A DNA stretch of 64,000 nucleotides, taken from positions 27,900,001-27,964,000 of the forward strand of contig NC_135904.1 in the NCBI RefSeq assembly GCF_964194155.1. Reading direction: 5' to 3'. The notes beneath the pieces were generated by a model. It ran no database searches and was not told the DNA's origin. It was given only the letters and a program-made list of their open reading frames with translations. This DNA is from Cetorhinus maximus (Eukaryota). This document shows positions 1 through 11,589 of the stretch, piece by piece. The position numbers and the translations under genes are program-made. The first letter of the stretch is position 1; every line of letters starts with the position of its first letter.

Positions 1-269
1 GCTGCTATTATATTCTACTTAGAATTAATTTTCTTGATGTAATCATCACCGAGAATGCTTTCCCTCAAGTGAAGAAGCAATGTTGTCATCACTGTCAATT
101 TTGAACACATTCTAGGAACACCAGAGAAGAGGTAATGTTCTTCAAGCCAGCCAGAGAACATACAGTTCGTTTGTCTGAGCTGCATTTCAGGGCTGATAGG
201 GAATGATATTAAACTATGACCACCCACTCAGTGACAGTCTCATAAAACTTGGCACTTATTTCTTTCCTG

Positions 270-620
270 GTCTCGGATGTCAGTAGCACTAGCAAGGCCC
301 TGCTTCTTGCCCACCCCCACTTGTGTGAAAAAGGTGGTATTGTGTGCCTCCTTAGCAGATTATATAACTGAATGATGTGCTGCACCACTGCAGAGGGCAT
401 TAAGAACCAACCGCATACAATGGGCTAGAGTGACATGAAGGCCAGAGCACGTGGGAATGGTAGGAACCCTTTCCAATAGTCACGTTCATAAAGAAATCTG
501 ATAGATTCCAAGATGATTTCTTTTCTGATGCAAATACACAAATTGCCAGATTTATTAAATTCAATTTAACAGTGTAATATGATAGGATTCGAGTTGCTAG
601 TTCAGCACCATATTATTACC
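270..620 (-). mobile_element. Degenerate tRNA-derived SINE (family B, same as 62292-62666)
   Basis: Contains gagggcattaagaaccaacc...gggctagagtgacatgaaggccag and a reverse B-box-like gggattcga, matching the reverse complement of the better-preserved copy at 62292. Confidence 0.55.
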
Positions 621-769
621 CTATTGTCTCCAAAATTGACCCTTGTTTACTAGGAATTAAGTTAATCTGAAACTTGTTTTACTTAGAACCTTCAACCGCT
701 AATGCAAGGGCATTATGGGGTTAATTTTTGACTTCAATGGAGCATAAAATCAAGCAGGTGCAAAATCAG

Positions 770-1200
770 ACTCTGGGTCTATACTCGATGGAGTTTAGAA
801 GATTGAGGGGGGATCTGATTGAAACTTACAGAATACTGAAAGGCCTGGATAGAGTGGACGTGGGGAAGATGTTTCCATTAGTAGGAGAGACTAGGACCCG
901 AGGGCACAGCCTCAGAGTAAAGGGAAGACCTTTTAGAACAGAGATGAGGAGAAACTTCTTTAGCCAGAGAGTGGTGAATCTATGGAATTCATTGCCACAG
1001 AAGGCTGTGGAAGCCAGGCCATTGAGTGTATTTAAGACTGAGACAGATAGGTTCTTGATTGGTAAGGGGATCAATGGTTACGGGGAGAAGGCGGGAGAAT
1101 GGGGTTGAGAAACTTATCAGCCATGATTGAATGGCAGAGCAGACTCGATGGGTCGAATGGCCTAATTTCTGCTCCTATGTCATATGGTCTTATGGTCTTA
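770..1200 (+). mobile_element. CR1/HER1-type LINE 3' end (ORF2 C-terminus, 3'UTR, tail)
   Basis: Translation LGLYSMEFRRLRGDLIETYRILKGLDRVD...TRGHSLR...NFFSQRVVNLWNSLP is the typical CR1 ORF2 C-terminus; ends in an (ATGGTCTT)n-like tail. Confidence 0.93.
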
Positions 1201-2097
1201 CCCGATCCCACCAGCCTGATGGGTGGGTAAAGTTGAAATCAACCCCTATATTTCTACCTAACAGGCTGAGCACTAGATTTCAATCTAATTGCCTGAGATA
1301 TATGTAAACTATAGTGGTATGTTAATAGTTCACTCAGGGAGTCTAAGTTGCTGTGGCAACGTGCATTTTCACATGCATGTTGTAGTCTGGAGTTATGGAT
1401 AGTGATAGGGGCTGCCACTTTCTTTCCATGACATGGCTGACCAGGAATCTCTCTCGCTCTTACCACCTGCCATTAGTCTGTTTTGGAAGGATTTGCAGGT
1501 TGATACTCAGCCATGTATTATGATTGCATCTTTCTCGGCCTGGGATAGGATTTGAATCCAGAGCTTCTAGTTCAGGGGCAAGGACACTACCCATTGTGCC
1601 ACAAGACCTCCAAACATAGTATGTATAGTACATGTAGTAAATATGTTATTCTCTTTTACAGGTAAACAGACTAACTCTCAATATTACAATATTACAGTAA
1701 TTATCATATTCTTTCATGTACTTGGACAAAGGTGGAGACTTTAAAAGTAGGTGTGTTTACAAAGAGTTATCAATATTCATCGAATCACAGGCTCTGATAT
1801 TAGCTTGGAAACAGGGATAGAGCAGTAGGGCTTTGCAGTCGGGATACCTGGAAAGATGGAAACCAGGTAAGCTGGGTCCAACAAGTAAGTGGAAAGAACC
1901 TTAAATGCTGGATCCCGCAGCTCTTGCCTCCCTTTAGCTGGTTGCCCGGAAGGTTCAACTTAAAATGTTTGTTAAATCTGAGGCACATCGCCTCATTAAG
2001 ATATCTAAATGAGCGACTCGCCTCCTGGGAGGATGTTGGTTGCCTGCCCTCCGTCCCACTTCTGCTAAAACCGTTTCTGAAGGTTCAAATACTCCGC

Positions 2098-2425
2098 ATA
2101 GAATCTTACCCCACAGAAAGGAAGCCATTCGGCCTATCGTGCCAGTGCCTGCCCTTTGAAAGAGCTTTTCAATTAATTCCACTCCCTTTCTCTTTCCCCA
2201 TTGCCTTCTAAATGTCCCCTTGTCAACTATTTATCCAATTCGCTTTTGAGAGTTACTACCGAATCTGCGTTCAGCACCCTTTCAGGCAAGTGCGTTCCAG
2301 ATCGTAACTCCTGGCTGCGTAAAAAATAAAAAATCCTCATTTCAACTCTGGTTGCTTTGCCAATTACCTTAAATCTGTGTCCCCTGGCTACTGACCCTCC
2401 TCATCTTCCCCCTAGCTCTTTGGGC
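2098..2425 (-). mobile_element. CR1-type LINE 3' fragment
   Basis: gccattcggccta...ttgccaattaccttaaatctgtgtcccct is the reverse complement of the CR1 3'UTR and TRGHRFKVIGK motif. Confidence 0.8.
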
Positions 2426-2876
2426 AATTATCTTAATTATCACAGCATTCTGAGGGTGCGAGCAGGGGAAATTATTGAGCTTGACATGAAGTGTCATCTC
2501 TTTAGCCTTGTGACAGCATCCTGGTGCCTGGTTACTTCTGGGAAACCTTAAATAATATTTCATGGGGACAAACCGATTACTGTAAAGATAGATATTTGAG
2601 CTCAGGTCTCTCCGCAGCAAATTCCAGCTGCACATCACTGGACTAGCAGTGCTAGCACGTCAAGATAGGACAGGGTAGATCCTACTCCACTGCTGAATGA
2701 AGAACAACCACCTTTTAGCAATAAATTCACATTTTGCTGTGTTACGGACAGTAATTAAATGATTGAGTAATTTACAAGTTTGGCGAATAAAATTATTAAG
2801 AGTAGACTGTGTTCAAGATGTGAGAAACCAACTGTGAGGAGTCGAAAGGGGAATAACAGATTAATCTACTATACAG

Positions 2877-3185
2877 TGTGTCAGCTGCTCAGTTGGTAGC
2901 ACTGTGCCCCCTGAAGGGCAAGGTTCTGGGTTCAAGTCCCACTCTGGGGCTTAAGTGCATTAAGGCTGACACTCCAGTGCAGAAGTGAGAGAACACTGCG
3001 CTATCAGAGGTGCTGTCTTTCGAATGAGACATTAAACTGAGGCCCCATCTGACTGTCCAGGTGGATGTAAGAGATCTCATGACACTATTCGAAGATGACC
3101 AGGGGAGTTCTCCCCGGTGTCCTGGCCAATATTTATCCCTCAATCAACATCACAAAAATAGATTATCTGTTTGTTATCACGTTGT
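2877..3185 (+). mobile_element. Deu-domain tRNA-derived SINE (SacSINE1/AmnSINE1-like)
   Basis: tRNA head with A box (gctcagttgg) and B box (ggttcaagtcc), then the Deu core ggctgacactccagtgcag...gaggtgctgtctttcgaatgagacattaaactgaggcccc...tcctggccaatatttatccctcaa. Confidence 0.88.
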
Positions 3186-3744
3186 TAACCACATTTGTAA
3201 ATGCTGGTGGAATACGGATGTTGGTGATGTCAAAACAACTGAAGCAGAAAATACCCATGTCTAAAAAGTTATCATGGGCAACATTATTGGATGTGATTAC
3301 TTACTAACGATTTTTTTGCAAACTTAAAACTAAAAAATAAAAATAACCACTGTTGGTATGTGCCATTGCTGTTTGAAATTTGAGAGAAACAGGATAATTC
3401 CCAATTCCCAGACTGAATACACACCACAATGGTACGTTTGCAAATCAGATCAAAGCATTGTACATTAGGACTTTCATAAAATCTGGGAGAGCTGTACAGA
3501 ACATTATCTTGAGATGGAACAGCAGTTCCAGTTTACAATGTGAGAAACACATCGATCCTGTGATAAATCCCACGTGTCATCATTCCTGCCACAATGATTC
3601 TAGGCTTTTACAGGTATTGTATTAGCATTCATGGGAGCCCATGGTATCAGTGTACTAATACCCGTACCAACACAAGGCGAGACTCTGATCCCAGTCAGAG
3701 TTTGGAGAAAACAGATGGACTGGGGGGGTTCACAGATTATTACA

Positions 3745-4105
3745 ACACAGGAGGCCATTCGTCCTGTCATGTCTGTGCTGGCCCTCCGAAGGAGCAATTT
3801 ACATAGTGCCACTCCCAGCCTTCTTCCTGTGGCTCTGTACATTCTTCCCTTCCATATAATAATCCAATTCCCTCTTAAATGCCTCCACCACACTCTCAGG
3901 CAGTGCATTCCAGATCCCAACTAATCACTGCGTGAAAAAGTTTTTCCTCATGTCACTATTGCTTCTTTTGCCAATTACCTTAAATCTGTGCCCTCTGGTT
4001 CTTAATCCTTCCACCGATGGGAACCGTTTTTCCCTATCTACTCTGTCCAGACCCCTCATGATTTTGTATACCTCTATCAAATCTCCTTTCAATCTTTTCT
4101 TTTCC
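3745..4105 (-). mobile_element. CR1-type LINE 3' fragment
   Basis: Minus-strand translation RLKGDLIEVYKIMRGLDRVDREKRFP...TRGHRFKVIGKRSNSDMRKNFFTQ. Confidence 0.9.
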
Positions 4106-4144
4106 ACATGATTGCTGCAATAGAGAAGTGTATTTTTAATAGTA

Positions 4145-4310
4145 ACTTTTAAAGCAGAATTAGGTATATGTATATATACTTGAAGAGGAAAAATTGCAAG
4201 GCTATGGGGAAAGAACAGGGGAGTGGGACTAATTGGATCGCTCAAAGAGACAGGATAAGCACGAAGGGCTGAATGGCTGCCTCCTGTGTCACTACGTTCT
4301 ATGATTCTAT
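4145..4310 (+). mobile_element. CR1 3'UTR and tail
   Basis: ggctatggggaaaga...gggctgaatggc..cctcctgtg...ttctatgattctat, the canonical CR1 (TTCTATGA)n tail. Confidence 0.8.
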
Positions 4311-5504
4311 AAGTTGGTGGGAATTACTTGAAGATTTATCAACTAGTCCAACAGCAGGGCTGATAAAGGTCAAGAAACAGGCTCTAAGAATGTTTTCCGG
4401 AGGAGAAAACAGGCAGGAAAGTGAAGGGAAAGGTAAGAATATCTGCACTTACAAAGCTAACAATTATATTTCCAGCTCAGCATTAATAGTACTTTATTTT
4501 CCCAATAAAGATATTTGAACTCGGGTCTCGCTGCACGTCGCTGGACTAGCAGAGCTAGCTTGTCAATTAAAACCAGCTAACACTGGAGATTTCCTTCTCT
4601 GTACTATCAGAGCCTTTCAGATCGGTGATTGCTAAATTAGCTCTGGTTCCACATCAAACTTTAAATCAACCCAGTGTTCCATCCTTCTTGACAAGGATCA
4701 GTCTCCCTTCATCAAAATTCCTATTATGAAGGAACATACAAGAGCCTTGATTAGAATTTTATTGATTATAAAAAATTGGCTTTATGCATTTTTATATCGC
4801 TTAAGTATTCTCTCATTTTTGATCTGGAAGTTTCTTGAGTGTACAAATGCTATTCCTGTGCTTGAGCAAGGATTGGAGTGGGGAAAATGTATAATCGGTT
4901 GAATTCTCTTCATCTGTAATAAGTGGCAATTAAAATAAAAGATCAGAACCGAGTTCACCTGTAACTCGCGACACTAATCAACGTTATTCTTAGGTTGGAG
5001 ACTTCAGGCAATGAAATCTAATAACTGAGATTTCTCTCTGAACAATCTGCGCTATCAAGGCAGCTTTACCTCACTAAATAAAGCCCTGCATTTTCAAATG
5101 TAGCCTGGTATGACAGGACACTTATCTTTCATGTTTAGCTAGGATGCAAAAGGAATTGAGTTTAAGGATGTTCGACAACCAAACTGCATGAAATTAAATC
5201 ACAAGTGTCAGCTTAGCTCAGTCATAGCACTCTCACTTCTGAGCTGGATGATCATAGAGTCCTAACAGCAAAGAAGGGGGTAATTCGGCCCATCGAGTCC
5301 ATGCTGACTCTCTGCAGAGCAATCCAGTCAGTCCCATGTCCCCACTCTATTCCAGTAGCTGTGCTAGTTCATTTACATGAAATGCCCGTCCTATTTCCTT
5401 TTAAAATCATTAATCACCTCTGCTTCAACCACCCTTATTGGCAGCGGGTTCCAGATCATTACCACAAGCTGCATAAAAAAAGTTGCTCCTCACAATCCCT
5501 GCTA

Positions 5505-5633
5505 CTTAACGGGATTTTCGGGCCCCTCCCGTCGACAGGATCTTACGGTCCTGCCGAAGCCAATGGACGTCTGAATGGCCCGCTGCATCCCCGATAACAG
5601 GCCCTGCTACACCAGGGTCGGGAAATCCCAGCC
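5505..5633. mobile_element. Short MITE (Harbinger-like TIRs)
   Basis: gggattttc...gggaaatcccagcc termini; internal ggatcttacggtcc motif shared with 7938-8054 and 19888-20017. Confidence 0.6.
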
Positions 5634-6019
5634 AACATCTCTAACCCAAAAGCTTAAATCTGTGCCCCTTGGCCCTTTCACCATCAGTTAATGCCAACGG
5701 ATTTTCTTTGTCTACTTTATTTAAGCCTGTCATAATCACATGCACCTCTATAAAATCCTTCCCAATCCTTTTACTCAAAGGGCATCAGCTTCCCCAACCT
5801 AACCTTCTAATTGAAAACACCCCATCCCTGGAAAGATTGGGTAAATTCTGATAAATCTCCTCTGCACCGTCTCAAGGACCCTTGGATCCTTCCTAAAGTA
5901 TGACGACCAGAACTGGATTTAATACAATAGATGTGGTCTAACCAGAGTTTTATAAAGGTTCAACATAACCTCCCTGCTTTTATAGTCAATGCCTCTACTT
6001 ATGAAGCCCAAGATACCAT

Positions 6020-6460
6020 ATACTCAAGAAGCTGGACACCATCCCAGGACAAAGCAGCCCACTTGTTTGGCACGCCATACACCACCTTCAATATCTACTC
6101 CCGCCACCATCAATGCAGTGTGTACCATCAACAAGATGCACTGCAGGAACTGACCAAGGTTCCTTTAACAGCACCTTACAAGCCCCAAAACCTCTGCCAC
6201 CTAGAAGGACAAGGGCAGCAGATGCATGGGGATACCACCACCTACAAGTTCCCTGCCAAGCCACACCATCCTGACTTGGAACTAAACCACAGTTCCTTCA
6301 CTGTCACTGGGTCAAAAACTGTGGTTGTCTCTACACCAAATGGACTGCAGCAGTTCAAGAAGGCAGCTGAACACCACCTTCTCAAGGGCAATTAGAAGTG
6401 AGCAACAAAAATGCTGACCTAGCCAGCAACACCCATATCCCTTGAAAGAATAAAATAAAA
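6020..6460 (+). mobile_element. LINE family B (CR1/L2 group) 3' fragment
   Basis: caggacaaagcagcccac...ggactgcagcagttcaagaaggcagct...aagggcaatta...aaatgctg; matches the 3' end of 22110-23610. Confidence 0.85.
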
Positions 6461-6520
6461 CATATGCTTTGATAGCTATTCTTTCAGTATGTCCTGTTAC
6501 CTTCAAAGATATATGCACAT

Positions 6521-6726
6521 TGTTATAGAAGTCAAGCCAACTGGTGAAGTCAAAACCAAGACACAGAGCTGTTCTTTACTGAGAGAGTTTATTGACTTTG
6601 TTCAGTCTCACAGCTCTTCTCATTTCCAGAGTCCAGCTGTCCCCTATTGATGTGTGCTCAAAGTACCCTAATTAAACATATCCTAACAATGTGTATCCTA
6701 ACAATATAATTAACATACCACTAACA
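6521..6726 (-). mobile_element. Probable solo LTR (Gypsy-like)
   Basis: TGTTA...TAACA termini and AATAAA on the minus strand (tttatt ~6588). The host CR1 reads tgcacat|LTR|cacgaacccctagg; TSD imperfect. Confidence 0.6.
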
Positions 6727-6755
6727 CACGAACCCCTAGGTCCCTTGCTGAGAAG

Positions 6756-7190
6756 ATGGTGGCTATCAAGGTGAAGCAGAGCTTACGTCCTCCAGGGGGT
6801 TGTGGACCTGTGGATTACAAGAGGAACCTCCTCAGGAGGGGTCTGTCAGGTTACAGCATGTGTGGGCTTGGACTCGGAGTTTTACTCTATGGATACTGGA
6901 AGCTGTTCAGTTGGAACAGGGAGAGAAGGCGTCTACAAATTGAAGATTTGGAAGCCCGTATAGCATCGCTACCTTACTGCATGCTGAACAGGATAGGAGG
7001 ACTCTGCGTCTATTAAGGGAGAATCTTGAGGAAGAGGATAAAATTGTGAAGGATGTTCCAGGCTGGAAGGTTGGTGAGAGTATTTACAACTCTGACCGCT
7101 GGTTCACGCCCCCGGTGGAGGAGATGCTTAACCTACGACCTGAGAAGGAATACCTCCGAGCAAAGATCGGATTCCAGTGGTACGTGCGAG
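6756..7190 (+). pseudogene. NDUFA13: Processed pseudogene of NADH:ubiquinone oxidoreductase subunit A13 (GRIM-19)
   Basis: [35 protein letters not shown]...[18 protein letters not shown], then a 1-nt deletion near 6972, continuing [36 protein letters not shown]...GFQWYV. Intronless; AATAAA ~7299 and A-rich tail ~7323-7331. Confidence 0.96.
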
Positions 7191-7937
7191 TGCTGTGTGA
7201 GGACTTTGAGCAAGGATCTGACCTTTGAGCAAGGATCTGACCTTTGGCTCCCTAAAGATCATCTTCGCAAGAACTCTTGCTCCAAGTGTGGTATTGTTAA
7301 TAAATCTGATGTACGTATTTTGAAAAGGAAACCCTGCACTCTTGTACCATTGAGTCTATATTGGCTCTCCCTATCACTTTCTGCCAAAATGCATCACCTC
7401 ACACTTCTCTGTATTAAATTCCATCTGACACTTGTTTGCCCAATCTGCTAGCCTATTGCAGTCATCTGGTACCATTCTCACCGTTTGCCACATGTCCAAG
7501 TTTGTTATCATTGGCAAATTTTGACATTTAACTTTGTACTCTTATATCGTAGTAATTTATCTATCTCATATGCAGTGGTCCCAGCACTAACCCTTGGGCA
7601 ACACTACTGTCTATCACCTTCCAGTCTGAAAAATAACCATTTACCATGGCTCCCTGTTTTCAGTCCTTAAGCCAATTTTTTGTCCAAAGCCTCCTATTCC
7701 ACAAGCCTCAATTTTGTTAACCGGACTTTTATGTGGTACTTTGTCAAAAGCTTTCCTAAAATCCATATCGACAACATCCCTTCAGCATGCCTCACAGCCT
7801 CACCTCACATGCCTCAGTGCATTCCCTTCACCAACCTTTTCTATTACTTCATCCAAAAATTCAATTACATTAGTCAAACATAATCTGACTTTTACAAATC
7901 CTAGTTGGCTCTCCTTAATTAATTGAAACCTCTCCAA

Positions 7938-8054
7938 GGGCAGAATTTTACACTGGCAGGATATTACGGTCCCACGGAAGTCAATGGACTTTTGAACGGC
8001 TCACTGCCTTTTATGGCCCTGCCCCCACCACACCAGGGCCTTAAAATTTTGCCC
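7938..8054. mobile_element. Short Harbinger-type MITE
   Basis: TIRs gggcagaatttta / taaaattttgccc; inserted in CR1. Confidence 0.75.
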
Positions 8055-8459
8055 CATGTTAATTCTTTCTTAGATTATTATTCCTAAAAACCACTCATGA
8101 GTGGGTACACCACTCATGTTAAACTGACTGGCCAGTAGTTACTAGGAAGGTTCTTACATCCTTTCTTGAACAAGGGTGTCACATTTGCCAGTTTGTAATC
8201 CTCTGACACCTCCCACGTATCCAGGGAAGTCTGGCAGGATCAGGCTTTCACCTTTAGTAAACTGATGTAAGGCATTTGGACCATGCGACTTATCCACTCT
8301 AGTCAGAGCCAGCCTTTCCAGTACATCCTGCCTATCAATTTTCATCCCATTCATTAACTCTACCATCTCCACTTCTACCGATATTTTGTCAGCATCCTCT
8401 TCCTCAGATACAAAGTACTCATTAAGTATTCTGGTCTTGGCCTTGCACCTCTGAGTATA

Positions 8460-8790
8460 AATAAGATCTCAGAATTGAGTGCATAAGTTAGGCTAACACA
8501 ACTGGAATGCTTTCTTTCAGATAAGATGGGAAACTGAGTTCCTCTCTGGTGGATGTAAAACATCTCATGGGACTACTTGAAGAAGAGTAGCGGAGTTTTA
8601 CTGGTATTATGACCAACATTTATCCTTCATTTAATTCCACCACAAAAAAATCATCTGTCCTAAGAGCTGTTTGTGGGAGCTTACTGTGCAGAGGTTAGCT
8701 GCCTTGTCTGTCCACAGCAAAAGAACGACTACATTTGAACAGTAATGCACTGGCTGTGAAGTCCTGGAAGACTCAATATGAATATAAGTT
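8460..8790 (+). mobile_element. Degenerate Deu-domain SINE
   Basis: ggtggatgtaaaacatctcatgg...gaagaagagtag...gaccaacatttatcc...tttgtgggagcttactgtgc. Confidence 0.7.
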
Positions 8791-9084
8791 CTTCCTTTCC
8801 ATTACCATAAGATAGCCCAAATTTCACTCAACAATTTATAGTGGAATTGGAATGTAAAACAGTGAAGTTTAGTTCTCAATTAGATTTTTAAAAATCCAAT
8901 GGCTTGGTTTAGCTACTATATAATTTAATTGAACAACAATCCTGTTGTAATTAAATTACAAACCACTTATAATAGTGATCTAATCATAAATATTTCATTG
9001 TTTAGCCCTTAGGGAAGAATACAATTAGACTCCCAACCCAATGAAACCAGCCACAAAGCATTTCATTTTTAAGTGTACCATATT

Positions 9085-9335
9085 TTAAAAAGTTTTAACT
9101 CCATCTCGGCAGCAGAAAACAGCCAACCTCAACATCGCAAGTTGCAATTTGGTTTTGAAAATAAGTGGTGGTGGATCAAGGCGTAATCCAAAACAGTGTC
9201 TGCAATATAGTGCACGGTCCTCTTTACAGTCATAACTTGCCAGCTTTGCATCAGTAGTGAACAAGATATCTTCCAGCCATCTTTGTGATTCCTTTCCTGG
9301 TAAATCAGCTATTGTGTGGGTCTGTGGGTTGAATG
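9085..9335 (-). CDS. Candidate terminal coding exon of an unidentified gene (phase 1; xFNPQTHTIADLPGKESQRWLEDILFTTDAKLASYDCKEDRALYCRHCFGLRLDPPPLIFKTKLQLAMLRLAVFCCRDGVKTF*)
   Basis: T10-rich tract and ttttag acceptor at 9336-9337. 82 open codons start right at the acceptor (an in-frame stop lies 2 codons upstream) and end in TAA. Non-repetitive; ATTAAA downstream (~8924-8929 on minus). Product not recognised. Confidence 0.5.
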
Positions 9336-10048
9336 CTAAAATTTAATAGCAAAAAAAAAACCACTCTGAGGAGGGTGGTTTTAACTAGCAGTCGGCCCTG
9401 GTGACAAACCCAGGCACTCACTAGCAGCTCAAAGCTCCACACCTTGGGGATTCTGTTAATGTTATATCAATTGTTTCATTCTATGCGGGTGAAGGGAATT
9501 AATTGGGGTTTCACTTGAGCACATATGAAGTGGCAATTATTGAAACTGTGGTGTTGTTGACTTGGAGCCATATGCTTGTAATATTGAACTCAGTAAATTT
9601 GCAAAGGCCGGAGGGGAGGGAACACTCAGGGAGGGGTGAGGCAGACCTGGGGGAGGGAGAGGGGGGGAGTCAGAATTGGGAGAGGAGGCCCGTGAGAAAG
9701 GTTACCCCTCCACATCCCCCCCCCCCCCCCCCCCCAACTTCCCATAGGTGGAAAGTGGCCATTCATTGCACGATCACTTACTGACCTCAATTGAGGCAAG
9801 GGCAGGTGAGTTACCATAAAATCGCTGCCAGGTCAAGGGTGAGTAGGTAGTTGGTGGGGGGGAACAGCCACAGAATTTTACAGGCCTGCTCCCCACCCCA
9901 CCCCTGCGCCTGTCAGCAAACCTGTTGGTGGGGGACCGTAAAATTCGACCTAAAGTTCTAAAGCAATTAATACAACAGTGAGAACATAGCGAGCTTCCCT
10001 GGAATGACTTAGCTAAGTAACCTTTACTGTTTCTGTTCTTCAGAATGT

Positions 10049-11337
10049 GGGCGGAACTTTCCGTGCCCACTGGCGTTGGGCGTGTTCGGCAGCGTGAGCG
10101 GACAATATGGCGAGAAGGCCAAAAATCGGTTGCACAACGTCATGAAACCAGTTTGTGATTGTCCGCTCAGCCCGTTGATGGCGGGCCATGTTTCCCGCTG
10201 TCGGACATCGGGAACCTCATTGTAATACATCAGTATATTATTATAAGGCCAGCCCACTGGAATCATCGCCCCCCCCATGCTGGATTGTCCGCCTACATCG
10301 GTGTGATTGCAAGCCAACGTGTTTCACAACAGCCTATATAAGACGTGCACTTGGTGAGCTGCACGCTGCTCAGGACTTCAACGTTTGCTTGCCCACCTTG
10401 CTTTGGGCAGCACTCGCAGTCATCAGCACCAGGCTTCAGAGACAGCACCACATCACCTTTAGGAGGGCTCACGGGCAGCTCTATCTAATAGACCAGCCAT
10501 TAGGCAATGGTGGCTTTTCAATGGTTAGGCTAGGGCTTGCCTGGAGAAATGGCCTCAGGCAAGGGAAGAGGCTGCAGGGCGAGGGCTGTACTGGGGAAGG
10601 AGGGTAACCCAGGATGTGTGTAGGGGCACATGTTGGTCTGTGCAAGTGGCCTCAAGATGGTGAGGGCTGAGGATGCAGTCTGCTGAGGCCAGATGGACAT
10701 GTAAGGGTATGTGTGAGAGAGAGAGAGTGGTGATGTCCCTTGAGCTGGCAGTGAATGAGATGCCAGTGAATATTGGATGGCCTTGTGAGTGTGTGAGCTT
10801 AGAGTGATGAGATGGTTGCCTTAACCTGGCGGCACAGTTGAGATCATTCATCCTCTTTCTGCACTGGATGGTCAACCTCTTCTGTGCAGCATTGGCACTG
10901 ATCACCACTGCCATTGGCTACCAAGCCGGAGTGGTAATTTTGCTGCCCCTCCTGCGGCCAGAGCTGGGGTAGAGGACATCATGGCGGGCCTCCACAGCGT
11001 CCAAGAAGCACTCCAGGGATGCGTCACTAAACCTGGGGGGGCTGAAGTCTTCCTGCCTTTAGGGCCATGTCCTCTTTACAGCAGGTCCTGGGCTAGAAGC
11101 ACTGAGAGGTGCGTGTGGCTGTACTTTAAATCTGGCGCCCAGCGTGAGGAAGCAGGGAGGGTGATGGCGTGGCTGGTGAATCGGAGCCTGACCGCCATCA
11201 CAACGCCGCATTTTCTGGGAATACCTAATTAACGCAGCGGGATTGGGATGCTACGGATGAGAAGCCGCCGTTGCCAGTAAAACATCGTTTTTCCCGCCCG
11301 CTACCGCACTTAGTGCAAATCTGGGCCGATTCCGCCC
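10049..11337 (-). mobile_element. Non-autonomous PIF/Harbinger element carrying a Myb/SANT-like ORF remnant
   Basis: TIRs gggcggaa / ttccgccc, flanks tgt/tat. Minus strand 10825-11068 encodes ...APPRFSDASLECFLDAVEARHDVLYP...ISANAAQKRLTIQCRKRMNDL, typical of Harbinger Myb-like proteins. Confidence 0.8.
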
Positions 11338-11589
11338 TATAACTCTACAGTCGAATGGGGAAATCTAGTCTGGAGGTAACACAGGTATAATTGATAAAGA
11401 TTGAAATTCCTCAACAGAGATATTTCACAAACAGTGAACCAAACTTGGCCCAACCCTCCATATCTCTCAGGAGATGGGAAGGTGGCCCTTGAAAGTTTAA
11501 ATTAGCCCATTCCGCAATGTTCCACAGTATTAAATTAAAATCTATTGGCAACATAGAGTAACCCCTGCAATTTGGGAAAACTATAATTT

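Larger units (their letters stand above)
5250..8455 (-). mobile_element. Long fragmented CR1 LINE hosting nested insertions
   Basis: Collinear minus-strand CR1 ORF2/3'UTR segments (e.g. gaccagaactg, aaatgcatcacctcac, ttgtcaaaagcttt, ttgaacaagggtgtcacatttgc), interrupted by MITEs, a LINE-B fragment, an LTR and the NDUFA13 retrocopy. Confidence 0.82.

Noticed and set aside
15-200. Exon at the window start (plus INFLDVIITENAFPQVKKQCCHHCQF*, or minus PEMQLRQTN...)
   Set aside because: Equally plausible readings on both strands and no recognisable homology; cannot be supported
2880-2945. tRNA gene (also 14838, 56845, 62292)
   Set aside because: A and B boxes are SINE heads that continue into SINE bodies; no intact cloverleaf
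3745-4310. Fold-back element
   Set aside because: Explained by two oppositely oriented CR1 3' ends
1700-4740. Weak inverted similarity between 1700-1800 and 4600-4740 (tatcagagcct)
   Set aside because: Too short and diverged to call by eye
6521-7331. LTR-mediated capture of NDUFA13
   Set aside because: About 20 bp of host CR1 separates the LTR from the retrocopy and there is no second LTR; independent insertions are simpler
9230-9299. Plus-strand exon (tttacag...CTG|gtaaat)
   Set aside because: All three frames contain stops; the minus-strand reading is better supported
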